Assembly: GCA_963771355.1 (NCBI GenBank)
Contig: CAVYTA010000007.1
Coordinates: forward strand, 192,001-256,000
Direction of reading: 5' to 3'
Length of the DNA stretch: 64,000 bases
DNA from: an uncultured Candidatus Rokubacteria bacterium
GTDB taxonomy: Bacteria > Methylomirabilota > Methylomirabilia > Rokubacteriales > CSP1-6
The translations under genes and the position numbers were made by a program. Under the pieces are notes generated by a model, which ran no database searches, was not told where the DNA came from, and saw nothing but the letters and a program-made list of their open reading frames with translations. This document shows, piece by piece, positions 23,729-32,136 of the stretch. The first letter of the stretch is position 1, and every line of letters begins with the position of its first letter.

Positions 23729-24349
23729 TCAGTGCCGCGGCGGCCGCAGATCGAGCTTTTGGGTCATCCGGACAAGGTCCGCCACCGACTTCGTTTGCAT
23801 CTTCTTCATGACCCGGCCGCGATGAACCTTGATGGTCTTTTCGGCGCTTTGAAGGTCGTCGGCGATCCGCTTGTTCGGCTTGCCGGCTACGACGAGCATG
23901 AGCACCTCGCGCTCGCGTGGTGTCAGCGTTTCGAGGCGGTGCTCGAGCTCCACACGCTCCGCTCGGTCGGCTCTCTCCTTCTGGCCACGCTCGAGCGCCC
24001 GTTGCACACAATCCAGGAGCTGCTGATCGTTGAAGGGTTTCTCGAGGAAATCTACCGCGCCTGCCTTCATTGCGCGGACGCTGATCGGTACGCTCCCGTA
24101 GCCCGTGAGGAAAACTATGGGGATGTCTGGTCGGGCCTGGCTCAGGGCCGATTGGAGGTCGAGACCACTCGGGCCGGGCAGGCGGACGTCCAGCACGAGG
24201 CATGCCGGCCGGTCCGGCGGGGCGTAGTCGATGAATGAGGTGGCCGACGGGAAGGTCCTAGCCTCAAGGCCGACAGACCGGAAGAGCCGGGAGAGAGCTC
24301 GGCAGACGGATTCATCGTCGTCCACCACGTAGACTACAGCTTCGTCCAT
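23729..24349 (-). CDS. FixJ/NodW-type response regulator (REC + LuxR HTH), copy 1
   Basis: VVDDD, LDVRLP, FLEKP, LTPREREV...KTIKVHRGRVMKKM. Confidence 0.95.
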   Translation of the reverse strand: MDEAVVYVVDDDESVCRALSRLFRSVGLEARTFPSATSFIDYAPPDRPACLVLDVRLPGPSGLDLQSALSQARPDIPIVFLTGYGSVPISVRAMKAGAVDFLEKPFNDQQLLDCVQRALERGQKERADRAERVELEHRLETLTPREREVLMLVVAGKPNKRIADDLQSAEKTIKVHRGRVMKKMQTKSVADLVRMTQKLDLRPPRH

Positions 24350-24425
24350 GGTTCGGGCCTCGCAGCGGCATCTTCAGCAGGGGCGATGGCAAGGGGATAC
24401 TGTCCGACTGCCGGAACGGGTGGCT

Positions 24426-24443
24426 ATCGGACCTTGGTCCTAT
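24426..24443. promoter_or_regulatory. Palindromic motif copy 5, ATCGGAC CTTG GTCCTAT
   Basis: Upstream of FixJ-type regulator copy 1 (possible autoregulation). Confidence 0.8.
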
Positions 24444-24529
24444 ATGTGCCGACCGCGGGCTGTATCGAAGGCGATCCGCGCGGAGAGGAGAGGCTGCCCT
24501 TGTGGTCGGTCGAAGACGCCCGCGACTTC

Positions 24530-24547
24530 CTGCGACCAAAGTCTTAT
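24530..24547. promoter_or_regulatory. Palindromic motif copy 6, CTGCGAC CAAA GTCTTAT
   Basis: Upstream of the small lipoprotein at 24583. Confidence 0.6.
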
Positions 24548-24582
24548 AGCCCCCGGGCGATGGCCGGGCTGAGAATGTCGGT

Positions 24583-24849
24583 ATGGTCACGCCATTCGCG
24601 GCCGGGCTTCTCATCGTGCTCGGAGTGCTCGCCGGTTGCGCCTCGTCCGCGTCCCAGGGCTGGACGAAGCCCGGCGCGACCGAGGAGCAGGTCAACGGTG
24701 ACTCGGCCGACTGCCTGTTCAATGCGCAGTCGATGGCGCCCGGAGGTGTGGCGCCCGGAAGCAGTCGAGGCCCGGGCATGGTGGTAAATCAGGACAGATA
24801 TCGCCAGTGCATGGCGAGTCGCGGCTATACGGCGGGGCCGACCAAGTAG
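24583..24849 (+). CDS. Small lipoprotein (WTKPGAT...C...YxxCMxxRGY type)
   Basis: Lipobox LAGC; two Cys in the mature part. Confidence 0.75.
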   Translation: MVTPFAAGLLIVLGVLAGCASSASQGWTKPGATEEQVNGDSADCLFNAQSMAPGGVAPGSSRGPGMVVNQDRYRQCMASRGYTAGPTK

Positions 24850-24877
24850 ACGACCCGGCGCCTCCTCCCCATCCAAT

Positions 24878-25916
24878 CTAGAAGCCGGTAAACTTCATCG
24901 AGAGCTCCACGATCTTGTCGCCGCGGAGGACGGTGACCCGCAGATCGTCGCCCGCCTTGAGGGTCTCCAGCGCCTTGACGACCTTGGCGCGGTCGTCGGG
25001 GCTGGCCATGGTGATCCCCTGAACCGAGAGCAGGATATCGCCCCCGACGACGAGCTGCTGGCCTTCCACGATGCCGATGCGGTCTCCTCCCTTGAGCCCG
25101 ATCCGGCCGCCAACCGAATCCTTGACCACCTGCTTCACGAGGAACCCGCCCGCCTGCGGCACGTTAAGGGCCTGGGCCATCGCCCCCGACACCAGCATGA
25201 GGTCGACTCCGAAGAACCCGCGGTTCCGCTCCACCAGGAGGCTTTTCACGGTATTCGCGGTGACGACGAAGCCGAGCCCTTCGCTCCCGCCCGACTTCGA
25301 GATGTTGTGGCTGACGATCCCGATCAGCTCGCCCGCCCGGGTGAACATCGGCCCGCCGGAGTTGCCGGTATTGATCACCGCGTCGGTCTGGAAGAACTCG
25401 GCCAGCGGGAAGTCCTTGGTGACCGTGTTGGGGGGCCACCGCGCGCTGATGATCCCCTCGCTCAGGGAATAGCTGAGCCCGTAGGGCGCGCCGACGATGA
25501 AGACCGGATCGCCGACGCGGACGGGGTCGGAGTTGGCGAGCTTCGCCACCGTGGCGTCGCGGGGCACCACCGAGACCTGGAGGACCGAGATGTCGGCCGC
25601 ATTGCTCGGAGGCGATGACGCGCGCGGGCACGGGCTCCTCGCCGAGGAACTCCACGGTGATGTCCTCCATCGTCTGGACCACGTGCGCGGCGGTCGCCAC
25701 TTTCCCGTCCGCCGAGATCAGCACGCCCGAGCCGATCTCCTTGAAGCCGACCGTGCCGTCGGCGGTCACCTCCTGGCCCCGGGCTCGGATCACCACCACC
25801 GACGTGCTGACGCGGCGGTACGCGTCGTGGAGCGACTCGCCCGTCTCCTAGCGAGACGGCGCCGCGAACAGGAGCGCGAGCGCCAGCATCACCGCGCGCC
25901 GGGTATCCCTGCTCAT
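24878..25916 (-). pseudogene. HtrA/DegP-like trypsin-PDZ serine protease with in-frame TAG (25848-25850) and frameshift (~25601)
   Basis: ATG 25916 after GGAGG; TAAHVV, AADIS, GNSGGP spread over two frames; paralog of 29608..30630. Confidence 0.8.
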
Positions 25917-25947
25917 CTTGGTACCTCCGACATGAGGTCCTTCACGG

Positions 25948-26808
25948 TCAGTCCGGCCAGCTATGCAGGAGGTAGAGGGCCTTCACCAGCGGGCTGGCCG
26001 CCGCGAAGGGCCCGAACCACCGCTCGTAGATCTGGACGAGCCCGGAGCGGTAGAGCGTGGAGAGCTTGCGGTTCACCTGCGCTTGAAAGGCGTTGTCTCC
26101 GCGCCGCATCATGAGCGCGTACGGCTCGTACGAGAAGAACTCGTCACTCAGCCGGAGCTTCGCCGGGTTCCTGGCAGTGGTCAGCAGGCCCGCGAGCAGG
26201 ATACGATCCGAGGCGTAGGCGTCGAGCCGCCCCTCCTCGAGACTCCGCAGGCCCTCACCGACCTCGGCCACCGGGATCACCGTCGCCTGAATGGCCGCGG
26301 CGGCCAGCGCCGCGGCGAGGGCCTTCTGCGTGGTGGTGTTGGGGATCACGCCGACGCGCTTGCCGGCGAGGTCCTTCACCGTGCCGATGCCGGAGTCGGC
26401 AGTGGCCAGCAGGCTCCCACCGTCCACGGAGATCATGTGGCTGAACGCGACCTGCTCCATGCGCCCGAAGGTGATCGTGGTCGACCCACACTCGAGGTCG
26501 ATCGTACCCTTGACGAGCTGCACAATGCGGTCGGCCGGCGTCACCGCCACCCAGGCCACCTTGAGCCCGGGGAGCTTCAGCGACTCCCGGATCGCGCCGG
26601 CCACCTGCAGGCAGAGGTCTACCGAGAATCCGGCCGGCTGACCGTCGCTGCCGAGGAAGGAAAATGGACGGGACGTCGCCCGGTGGCCCAGCTGAATGAC
26701 ACCGGTCTCCTTGATCTTGTCGAGCGTCGGCCGGATCTCCTGGCCGGCGGCCGGGCCGGCCAGGGCCAGCAGCACGACGCAAATCGCGAGCCCGGATCTC
26801 AGACCCAT
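25948..26808 (-). CDS. Polar amino-acid ABC substrate-binding protein (GltI-like)
   Basis: TLDKIKETG, PFSF, GFSVDLC, IDLECGSTT, YEPYALM. Confidence 0.9.
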   Translation of the reverse strand: MGLRSGLAICVVLLALAGPAAGQEIRPTLDKIKETGVIQLGHRATSRPFSFLGSDGQPAGFSVDLCLQVAGAIRESLKLPGLKVAWVAVTPADRIVQLVKGTIDLECGSTTITFGRMEQVAFSHMISVDGGSLLATADSGIGTVKDLAGKRVGVIPNTTTQKALAAALAAAAIQATVIPVAEVGEGLRSLEEGRLDAYASDRILLAGLLTTARNPAKLRLSDEFFSYEPYALMMRRGDNAFQAQVNRKLSTLYRSGLVQIYERWFGPFAAASPLVKALYLLHSWPD

Positions 26809-26898
26809 ACACTTCTCCCTCTTGAACCTGCCCGGGCCTGGGGTGTGACCGCGGAACGAGGTCCGTCGGCCCGTGGTCGGGCCAACTTCAGCTCCAAC

Positions 26899-26940
26899 TC
26901 AATTGGCCTTGACCCACGTCAACCCCGAAGTTCCTCGCAT
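26899..26940 (-). pseudogene. Collapsed DUF2147 paralog (13-aa mini-ORF)
   Basis: MRGTSGL-TWVKAN matches start MRRTWGL and end TWVKGS of 21764..22198; upstream RBS region also homologous. Confidence 0.7.
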
Positions 26941-26969
26941 CGACATTCCTCTCTTCAGGTTTATGTCGG

Positions 26970-27527
26970 TTACTTGTCCATTCGGCTGATCTTCGAGCCC
27001 TGAAGCCCGAGGCCAGCCATCAGCCCCCGCTGATCGAAGAAGACCGCGTAGATATCGCTCTGAATCGTCGAGCTGGTGAACGCCGTCGCGGTGCCCGTGT
27101 CGAGGACGACGATACTCGGGCCCATGCCGAGCTCGAAGCCGCCGCTGTCGTTGAGATACTTGACAGCAGAATCGGTCATGAAGAACAAGGCGTAGCCGAA
27201 CTTCTGCGCGCCGGCCTGGAGGCCGTACGAGGCCGCCGCGGTGTTGTAGTAGCCGACGGTCTTGCCGCGCTGGCGAAGCGCGCCCTCGCCGTACTGCGCC
27301 CCGAAGAGAAAGCCGGCCTTGACGATGTTCGGGAACACGAGCACGGCCTTGGCCTGGCTGGCGAGCTTCCGGGTGTCGGGCACGGCGGCAGACATGCTGG
27401 CCACGGCCGCGTCCACCTCGCGGTTGATCTCCGCGGCGGATGCGGCGAGGGCGGGTTTCGCCGAGATCGTCACGGTCATCGCCAGGGCCACTGCCAGTAG
27501 GCCCGCTCCAAGTCGTGCCTTGAGCAT
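26970..27527 (-). CDS. Lipid-binding SYLF/Ysc84 domain protein
   Basis: AKAVLVFPNIVKAGFLFGAQYGEG, SYGLQAGAQ, GLMAGLGLQGSKI. Confidence 0.9.
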   Translation of the reverse strand: MLKARLGAGLLAVALAMTVTISAKPALAASAAEINREVDAAVASMSAAVPDTRKLASQAKAVLVFPNIVKAGFLFGAQYGEGALRQRGKTVGYYNTAAASYGLQAGAQKFGYALFFMTDSAVKYLNDSGGFELGMGPSIVVLDTGTATAFTSSTIQSDIYAVFFDQRGLMAGLGLQGSKISRMDK

Positions 27528-27574
27528 CGTCCGTTCTCCCCGGACCACCTGATGGAGGGTGGGCATGTCATTGG

Positions 27575-28054
27575 TCATTTGATCAGTGGAATCTCGCGGG
27601 CAATCTCGTAATTCACGAGCGCGCGCATCTTGTTCTCGACCTGGTAGAGCCGCGCTACCTTCACGGGCGGCAGGGCCCGCCGAAATCGGGGCGCGTACGA
27701 CTTGAGGATCGCGGCGTGATCCGTTTCGAGAGCCAGGAACTCGCCGAGGAGCTTGGTGGCCGTCTCGTCGGTCATCGACGAGTACGCCTTCGCGAACGTG
27801 TCGATGAGCTTCACGACGCGGTCGTAGTAGGTGATCATGTCGCTCTGATAGGCGTTGTAGACGGGCCAGAAGGCCTTGGCCTCGCCCTCGGTGAGGTCGA
27901 GCGTCGTCGCCACCACCAGTTTCTTGTCCGCCCGCGCCTTCTCGCGGAAGATCTCCATGGTGTCCGCCGGCTTGTCCTGCGCGCCCGCGACCCCGGCCAC
28001 GAAGGAAACCAGGAAGGCTCCGACCATCAATACGCCTCGATCTCGATGTCCCAT
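27575..28054 (-). CDS. Conserved periplasmic helical protein
   Basis: Signal peptide; DKKLVV...LTEGEAKAFWPVYNAYQ...KVARLYQVENK. Confidence 0.75.
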   Translation of the reverse strand: MGHRDRGVLMVGAFLVSFVAGVAGAQDKPADTMEIFREKARADKKLVVATTLDLTEGEAKAFWPVYNAYQSDMITYYDRVVKLIDTFAKAYSSMTDETATKLLGEFLALETDHAAILKSYAPRFRRALPPVKVARLYQVENKMRALVNYEIAREIPLIK

Positions 28055-28144
28055 GGGTGTCCGCTCCCTCCGGGCGTTGCTCGATCGTTCACGCTTGCGG
28101 CTCCGGTCCGAGCGGCAGTATGGGGGAGGGCTCATGGCGGGTAT

Positions 28145-28162
28145 ATCAGACTTTGGTCCTAT
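28145..28162. promoter_or_regulatory. Palindromic motif copy 7, ATCAGAC TTTG GTCCTAT
   Basis: Upstream of the 28054-24878 operon. Confidence 0.75.
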
Positions 28163-28194
28163 GCCGGTCCGCTCGGGGGTGTCGGCCCGTGTCC

Positions 28195-29214
28195 CTATCG
28201 TGGGCTGGCGGCGCCGGGCAGCCCGGCGCGAATGCGCCGTGAAAAATCCGGCGCCTGATCGGCGGCCTGGGCGGCGGCATTGACGAGGGAGCGTCGTTTG
28301 AGCTCTTCGAAGGGCAGGCTCTGGTCTATCCGGCCCGCCTCGTACACGTAGGCCGGCGTGTAGCCGGACAGCAACACCTTCCAGGAGAAGGGGAGGGATT
28401 CCGGATTCACGCGCGTGTTCATGAGGATCGCGGTCGTGCAATTGGTGGTGAGCGTGTTGTAGAACTCCGGGCGCTCGCGGAGCGCGTTCAGCTTGCGCAC
28501 GTATTCGAGGAACACGCGCCGCAAATTCTCACGGGGCCCACGCAGGGGATAGACGTAGACGTCCTCCGGCGGATCCTTGCGGTAATTGGTCCTGACCCGG
28601 ATCACGTCGCGCTCGTCGGCCACGACATAGTAGAGCTCGTACTGCCGGAAGAAGCCCTTGGCCGAGGAGTAGCCCTCGCCCATCTCCTTGCGGGCCTCGA
28701 TGGAGATGGCGAGGTGGTCGTCGCCAAAGCCGAAGGAGAGGAGGAGGTGAGCGATGGCCGGCCCCATCCAGTAGACGGCCACGAGGTCCCCCGAGTCCAG
28801 TTTCTTCAGGTCGTAGGTGCGGTCGTAATAGGCCGGGGTGAAGTCGGTCTCCGTACGGTAGTCGAAGTTCCTGATGTTGTGCACGGTGACCATGTCGCCG
28901 TTGACGGTCGCGTAGGCGAGCCGGGCGACCTCGGGTTGCCAGGCTCGCTCATTGGACGGCCTGAGGCCGCCCCACCAGACGGCGATCGCCGCGAGGGCCA
29001 CCGCGAAGACGGGCAGGGCGAATCGCTGACCCCGATGAAGCACGAGTGCGACAACGGCGGCGAGGCCGGCCAGGCCGTACACCGCGGCCAGGGCGAGCCG
29101 GCCTTGGTCGCCGCCGGGTCCCACGACCGTGAGGGCCAACGCGCCCCAGCCCGTGATGCCCAGCACGGCGAGAGCGCCCAGCCAACGGACGGAGCGCGTC
29201 AGGAAGCGACGCAC
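28195..29214 (-). CDS. DUF4105 / Lnb N-terminal-like membrane protein
   Basis: HNIRNFDYRTETDF, IAHLLLSFGF, SIEARKE, FYNTLTTNCTT. Confidence 0.88.
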   Translation of the reverse strand: MRRFLTRSVRWLGALAVLGITGWGALALTVVGPGGDQGRLALAAVYGLAGLAAVVALVLHRGQRFALPVFAVALAAIAVWWGGLRPSNERAWQPEVARLAYATVNGDMVTVHNIRNFDYRTETDFTPAYYDRTYDLKKLDSGDLVAVYWMGPAIAHLLLSFGFGDDHLAISIEARKEMGEGYSSAKGFFRQYELYYVVADERDVIRVRTNYRKDPPEDVYVYPLRGPRENLRRVFLEYVRKLNALRERPEFYNTLTTNCTTAILMNTRVNPESLPFSWKVLLSGYTPAYVYEAGRIDQSLPFEELKRRSLVNAAAQAADQAPDFSRRIRAGLPGAASPR

Positions 29215-29270
29215 GAGACTTCCCCGATGACCATCGGAGGGGAGGGTACCGCTCAGGCGCAGATCGGTCT

Positions 29271-29288
29271 ATAAGCCCAAGGTCTCAT
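29271..29288. promoter_or_regulatory. Palindromic motif copy 8, ATAAGCC CAAG GTCTCAT
   Basis: Upstream of DUF4105; degenerate. Confidence 0.55.
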
Positions 29289-29429
29289 TGGCGGGCCCAA
29301 CCCGCCCCTCTAAACTGCCTCGGATGCCGATCCAACACGAGGGGGATTTCTGTGGTGAGCTACTGGAAACGCTTGTCCATCGCTTGCATGACCGTGCTGA
29401 CTGCCGCGGGCGGCGCCGGCGCGGCGGGC

Positions 29430-29608
29430 TACGAGGCACCGAGGAGCTCAGCCAGGAGCTGAAAGCCAACTATCGCGCTCCCGGCTTCAACGGCAGCTTC
29501 GAGTTCTGGGTCACCGGGACCTTGTCGCCCAAGGGGAAAAAGGATCTCCAGGCCCGAGGCTTTTCGGTCGTCGAGCAGGCCGGCACCCGCATCGACATCG
29601 TCAACTGA
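29430..29608 (+). pseudogene. C-terminal gene fragment (FEFWVTGTLSPKGKKDLQARGFSVVE)
   Basis: Coding-like 3' part whose stop overlaps the next ATG (TGATG); 5' part lacks coding character. Confidence 0.45.
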
Positions 29609-30630
29609 TGAAAAAGCTCTTCGTAGCGATACTCGCGGCCGCCGTGCTGCCGGCCTTTGCCCCCGCGGCTCGGGCCCAGAACCTGGACGAGGTCTTTCGC
29701 AAGGTCAGCCCGTCCGTCGTCGTCGTGCGGAGCAAGGGGCGAGACGTCAACGCCGGGGGTGTCACCAACTTCAAACAGACGGGCTCCGGGGTCCTGATCT
29801 CCAGCGACGGCAGGGTGATGACGGCCGCCCACGTCGTCAACGGCATGGACGAGATCACCGTCGAGGGCATCGCCGGTGAGGTCGTACGCGCGACGCTGCT
29901 CTCGGCCAATACGGCCGCCGATGTTTCGCTCCTGCAGCTCGAGCGCGTGACAGGGGCCATGCGGGTGGCGCGGATGGGCAACTCCGACGCGGTGCGGGTC
30001 GGCGAACAGGTCCTGGTCGTCGGCGCCCCCTACGGACTCTCTTATTCGATGAGCGTGGGCTGGGTCAGCGCACGCTGGCCGCCCAACACAATTTTCCCCG
30101 ACATGCCGCTGGCGGAGTTCCTTCAGACCACGGCCACGATCAACACGGGTAACTCCGGTGGCCCCATCTTCAACATGGGGGGCGAGGTCATCGGTATCGT
30201 CAGCCAGAATATCTCAAAGTCCGGCGGCAGCGAGGGCCTGGGCTTTGTCGTGACGATCAACAGTGCGCGAAATCTCTTGGTCCCCCGGAAGATCTTCTGG
30301 GGTGCCCTCCAGGGCCTCCTCCTCACCGGCCGCCTGGCGAGTGTCTTCAACGTCCCTGCGCCCGCCGGGTTCCTCGTCAAGACGGTCGCCCAAGGTTCGA
30401 TGGCGTGGAACATGGGCCTTCAGGGGGCCGACGGAATCGTCACCATCGCAGGGAAGGAGATCCCCGTGGGCGGCGACATCATCCTCTCGGTCGACGGCAT
30501 CCCCGTTGTGTCTGAGGACAACATCGAGCAGATCCGCAACAGGTTGGCCGGCGTGGCGCCGGGCACCCCGTTCAAGATGAACGTGCTCCGCGCCGGCAAG
30601 ATCCTTGAACTTACGGGCACAAGCCAGTAG
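29608..30630 (+). CDS. HtrA/DegP-like trypsin-PDZ serine protease (intact)
   Basis: Signal peptide; TAAHVV, AADVS, GNSGGP; PDZ GDIILSVDG. Confidence 0.92.
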   Translation: MKKLFVAILAAAVLPAFAPAARAQNLDEVFRKVSPSVVVVRSKGRDVNAGGVTNFKQTGSGVLISSDGRVMTAAHVVNGMDEITVEGIAGEVVRATLLSANTAADVSLLQLERVTGAMRVARMGNSDAVRVGEQVLVVGAPYGLSYSMSVGWVSARWPPNTIFPDMPLAEFLQTTATINTGNSGGPIFNMGGEVIGIVSQNISKSGGSEGLGFVVTINSARNLLVPRKIFWGALQGLLLTGRLASVFNVPAPAGFLVKTVAQGSMAWNMGLQGADGIVTIAGKEIPVGGDIILSVDGIPVVSEDNIEQIRNRLAGVAPGTPFKMNVLRAGKILELTGTSQ

Positions 30631-30696
30631 CCCAACGTCACCCCCGCGCAACCCCCGTAGAGGGCAGCCGCATAGTCAATCGGCGCTCCATCCCGA

Positions 30697-31062
30697 TCAT
30701 CGGCCGCCGAGTGCCTTCTCGATCGCTTCGATCAGCAAGGGCCCCTCGAAGGGCTTTGCGAAGTAAGCGACCGCGCCGCCCTTCCGGGCCCGCTCCCGCG
30801 TAGGGACATCGTCGTGGGCCGTGATGAAGATGATCGGAAGCGGGATCTGGTCCTGTGCGAGGCGCTCCTGCAGATCGAAGCCGCTCATCCCGTTCATGTG
30901 GACGTCCAGCAACAAGCAGTCGATGCTCTCGGAATGCTCCCGCGCGAGGAACGCCTCGGCTGAGCAGAAAGTCTGCACGGTGAAGCCGGCGCCTCCCAGC
31001 AGCCGCGTGAGAGCTCGAAGAACGTCAGCGTCGTCGTCGACGACAGCAATCACGGCATTCAC
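30697..31062 (-). CDS. Single-domain response regulator (receiver only)
   Basis: VVDDD, LLDVHM, FITAH, FAKP. Confidence 0.92.
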   Translation of the reverse strand: MNAVIAVVDDDADVLRALTRLLGGAGFTVQTFCSAEAFLAREHSESIDCLLLDVHMNGMSGFDLQERLAQDQIPLPIIFITAHDDVPTRERARKGGAVAYFAKPFEGPLLIEAIEKALGGR

Positions 31063-31155
31063 CAGATACTCCTTCTCGTTCCCGCTTCGGGATGCGCGAG
31101 TCCGATATGCCGTTCGGGACTGAGCTAGTTTTAACTAAGGTGTGTCCGCTGAGAT

Positions 31156-31173
31156 ATGGGGCCTTGGTCGTAT
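31156..31173. promoter_or_regulatory. Palindromic motif copy 9, ATGGGGC CTTG GTCGTAT
   Basis: Between FixJ copy 2 and the receiver-only gene. Confidence 0.6.
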
Positions 31174-31237
31174 GCGGTCGGGTCCTTTGAAAGGGATGGA
31201 AGGAATGGAAGGGAGACGGGCCTGAGACGAGGAATCC

Positions 31238-31846
31238 CTAGTTCAGACCGAGCTTCTCGGTCATCCGGACCAGGTCCGCCACCGAGTCCGCCTGCATCTT
31301 CCGCATGACCCGGCCGCGGTGAATCTTGATTGTCTTCTCCGCGTTTCCGAGGGTGTCGGCGATCTGCTTGTTCAGCCTTCCCGCCACGACCAGCTTGAGT
31401 ACCTCCCGCTCGCGTGGCGTCAGCGTCTCGAGTCGGCGCTGGAACTCCAGGCGCTCCGCTCGGTTGGCTCGCTGCTCTCGGTTGCGGGCGAGCGCGCGCT
31501 GAACACAATCCAGGAGCTGCTGGTCGTTGAAGGGTTTCTCGAGGAAATCCACCGCGCCTCCCTTCATTGCGCGGACGCTGGTCGGTACGCTCCCGTAGCC
31601 GGTGAGGAAAACTATCGGGATGTCTCGCTGGGCCTGGCCCAGCGCCGATTGGAGATCGAGGCCGCTCAGGCCGGGCAGCCGAACATCCAGCACGAGGCAT
31701 GCGGGCCGGTCCAGGGGAGTGTCGTCGATGAATGCAGTGGCCGACGGGAACGTCCTCGCCTCCAGGCCGACGGAGCGGAAGAGCCGGGCGAGAGCTCGGC
31801 AGACCAATTCGTCGTCATCGACCACGTATACGACGGCTTCCTCCAA
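31238..31846 (-). CDS. FixJ/NodW-type response regulator, copy 2
   Basis: Close paralog of 23729..24349; TTG start at 31846 aligns with copy 1 start. Confidence 0.93.
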   Translation of the reverse strand: MEEAVVYVVDDDELVCRALARLFRSVGLEARTFPSATAFIDDTPLDRPACLVLDVRLPGLSGLDLQSALGQAQRDIPIVFLTGYGSVPTSVRAMKGGAVDFLEKPFNDQQLLDCVQRALARNREQRANRAERLEFQRRLETLTPREREVLKLVVAGRLNKQIADTLGNAEKTIKIHRGRVMRKMQADSVADLVRMTEKLGLN

Positions 31847-32136
31847 TTTCGTTTGTCCTCGCCGGGCACCTTCGGGCCGTGGAGGGGCCAAGAGGATCTC
31901 CTCTAACTGCCAGCAAGATAGTGCATTAGTGAGCGAGCGTCCATTCTAATGAGGGTGCATTCCAAGGGAAAGCGGAACCCGCGCTCCATCCTCCGGCTTG
32001 TCTTGGGCCAGACCCCTGTGGTTAGGTAGATCGTGAGCTTGGCCGGCTGGGCAGGCAGGTTCGGAGACCTGACCGAGGACAAGCTCCGCTCAATATGAGT
32101 GCACCGCAGCGCAAAGCAAAGTGCTGAACGCGTAGG

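Noticed and set aside
25848..25850. Pyrrolysine or amber readthrough in the HtrA-like gene
   Set aside because: The TAG lies at the signal-peptide cleavage region, not a catalytic site; the same gene has a frameshift; no pyl genes seen
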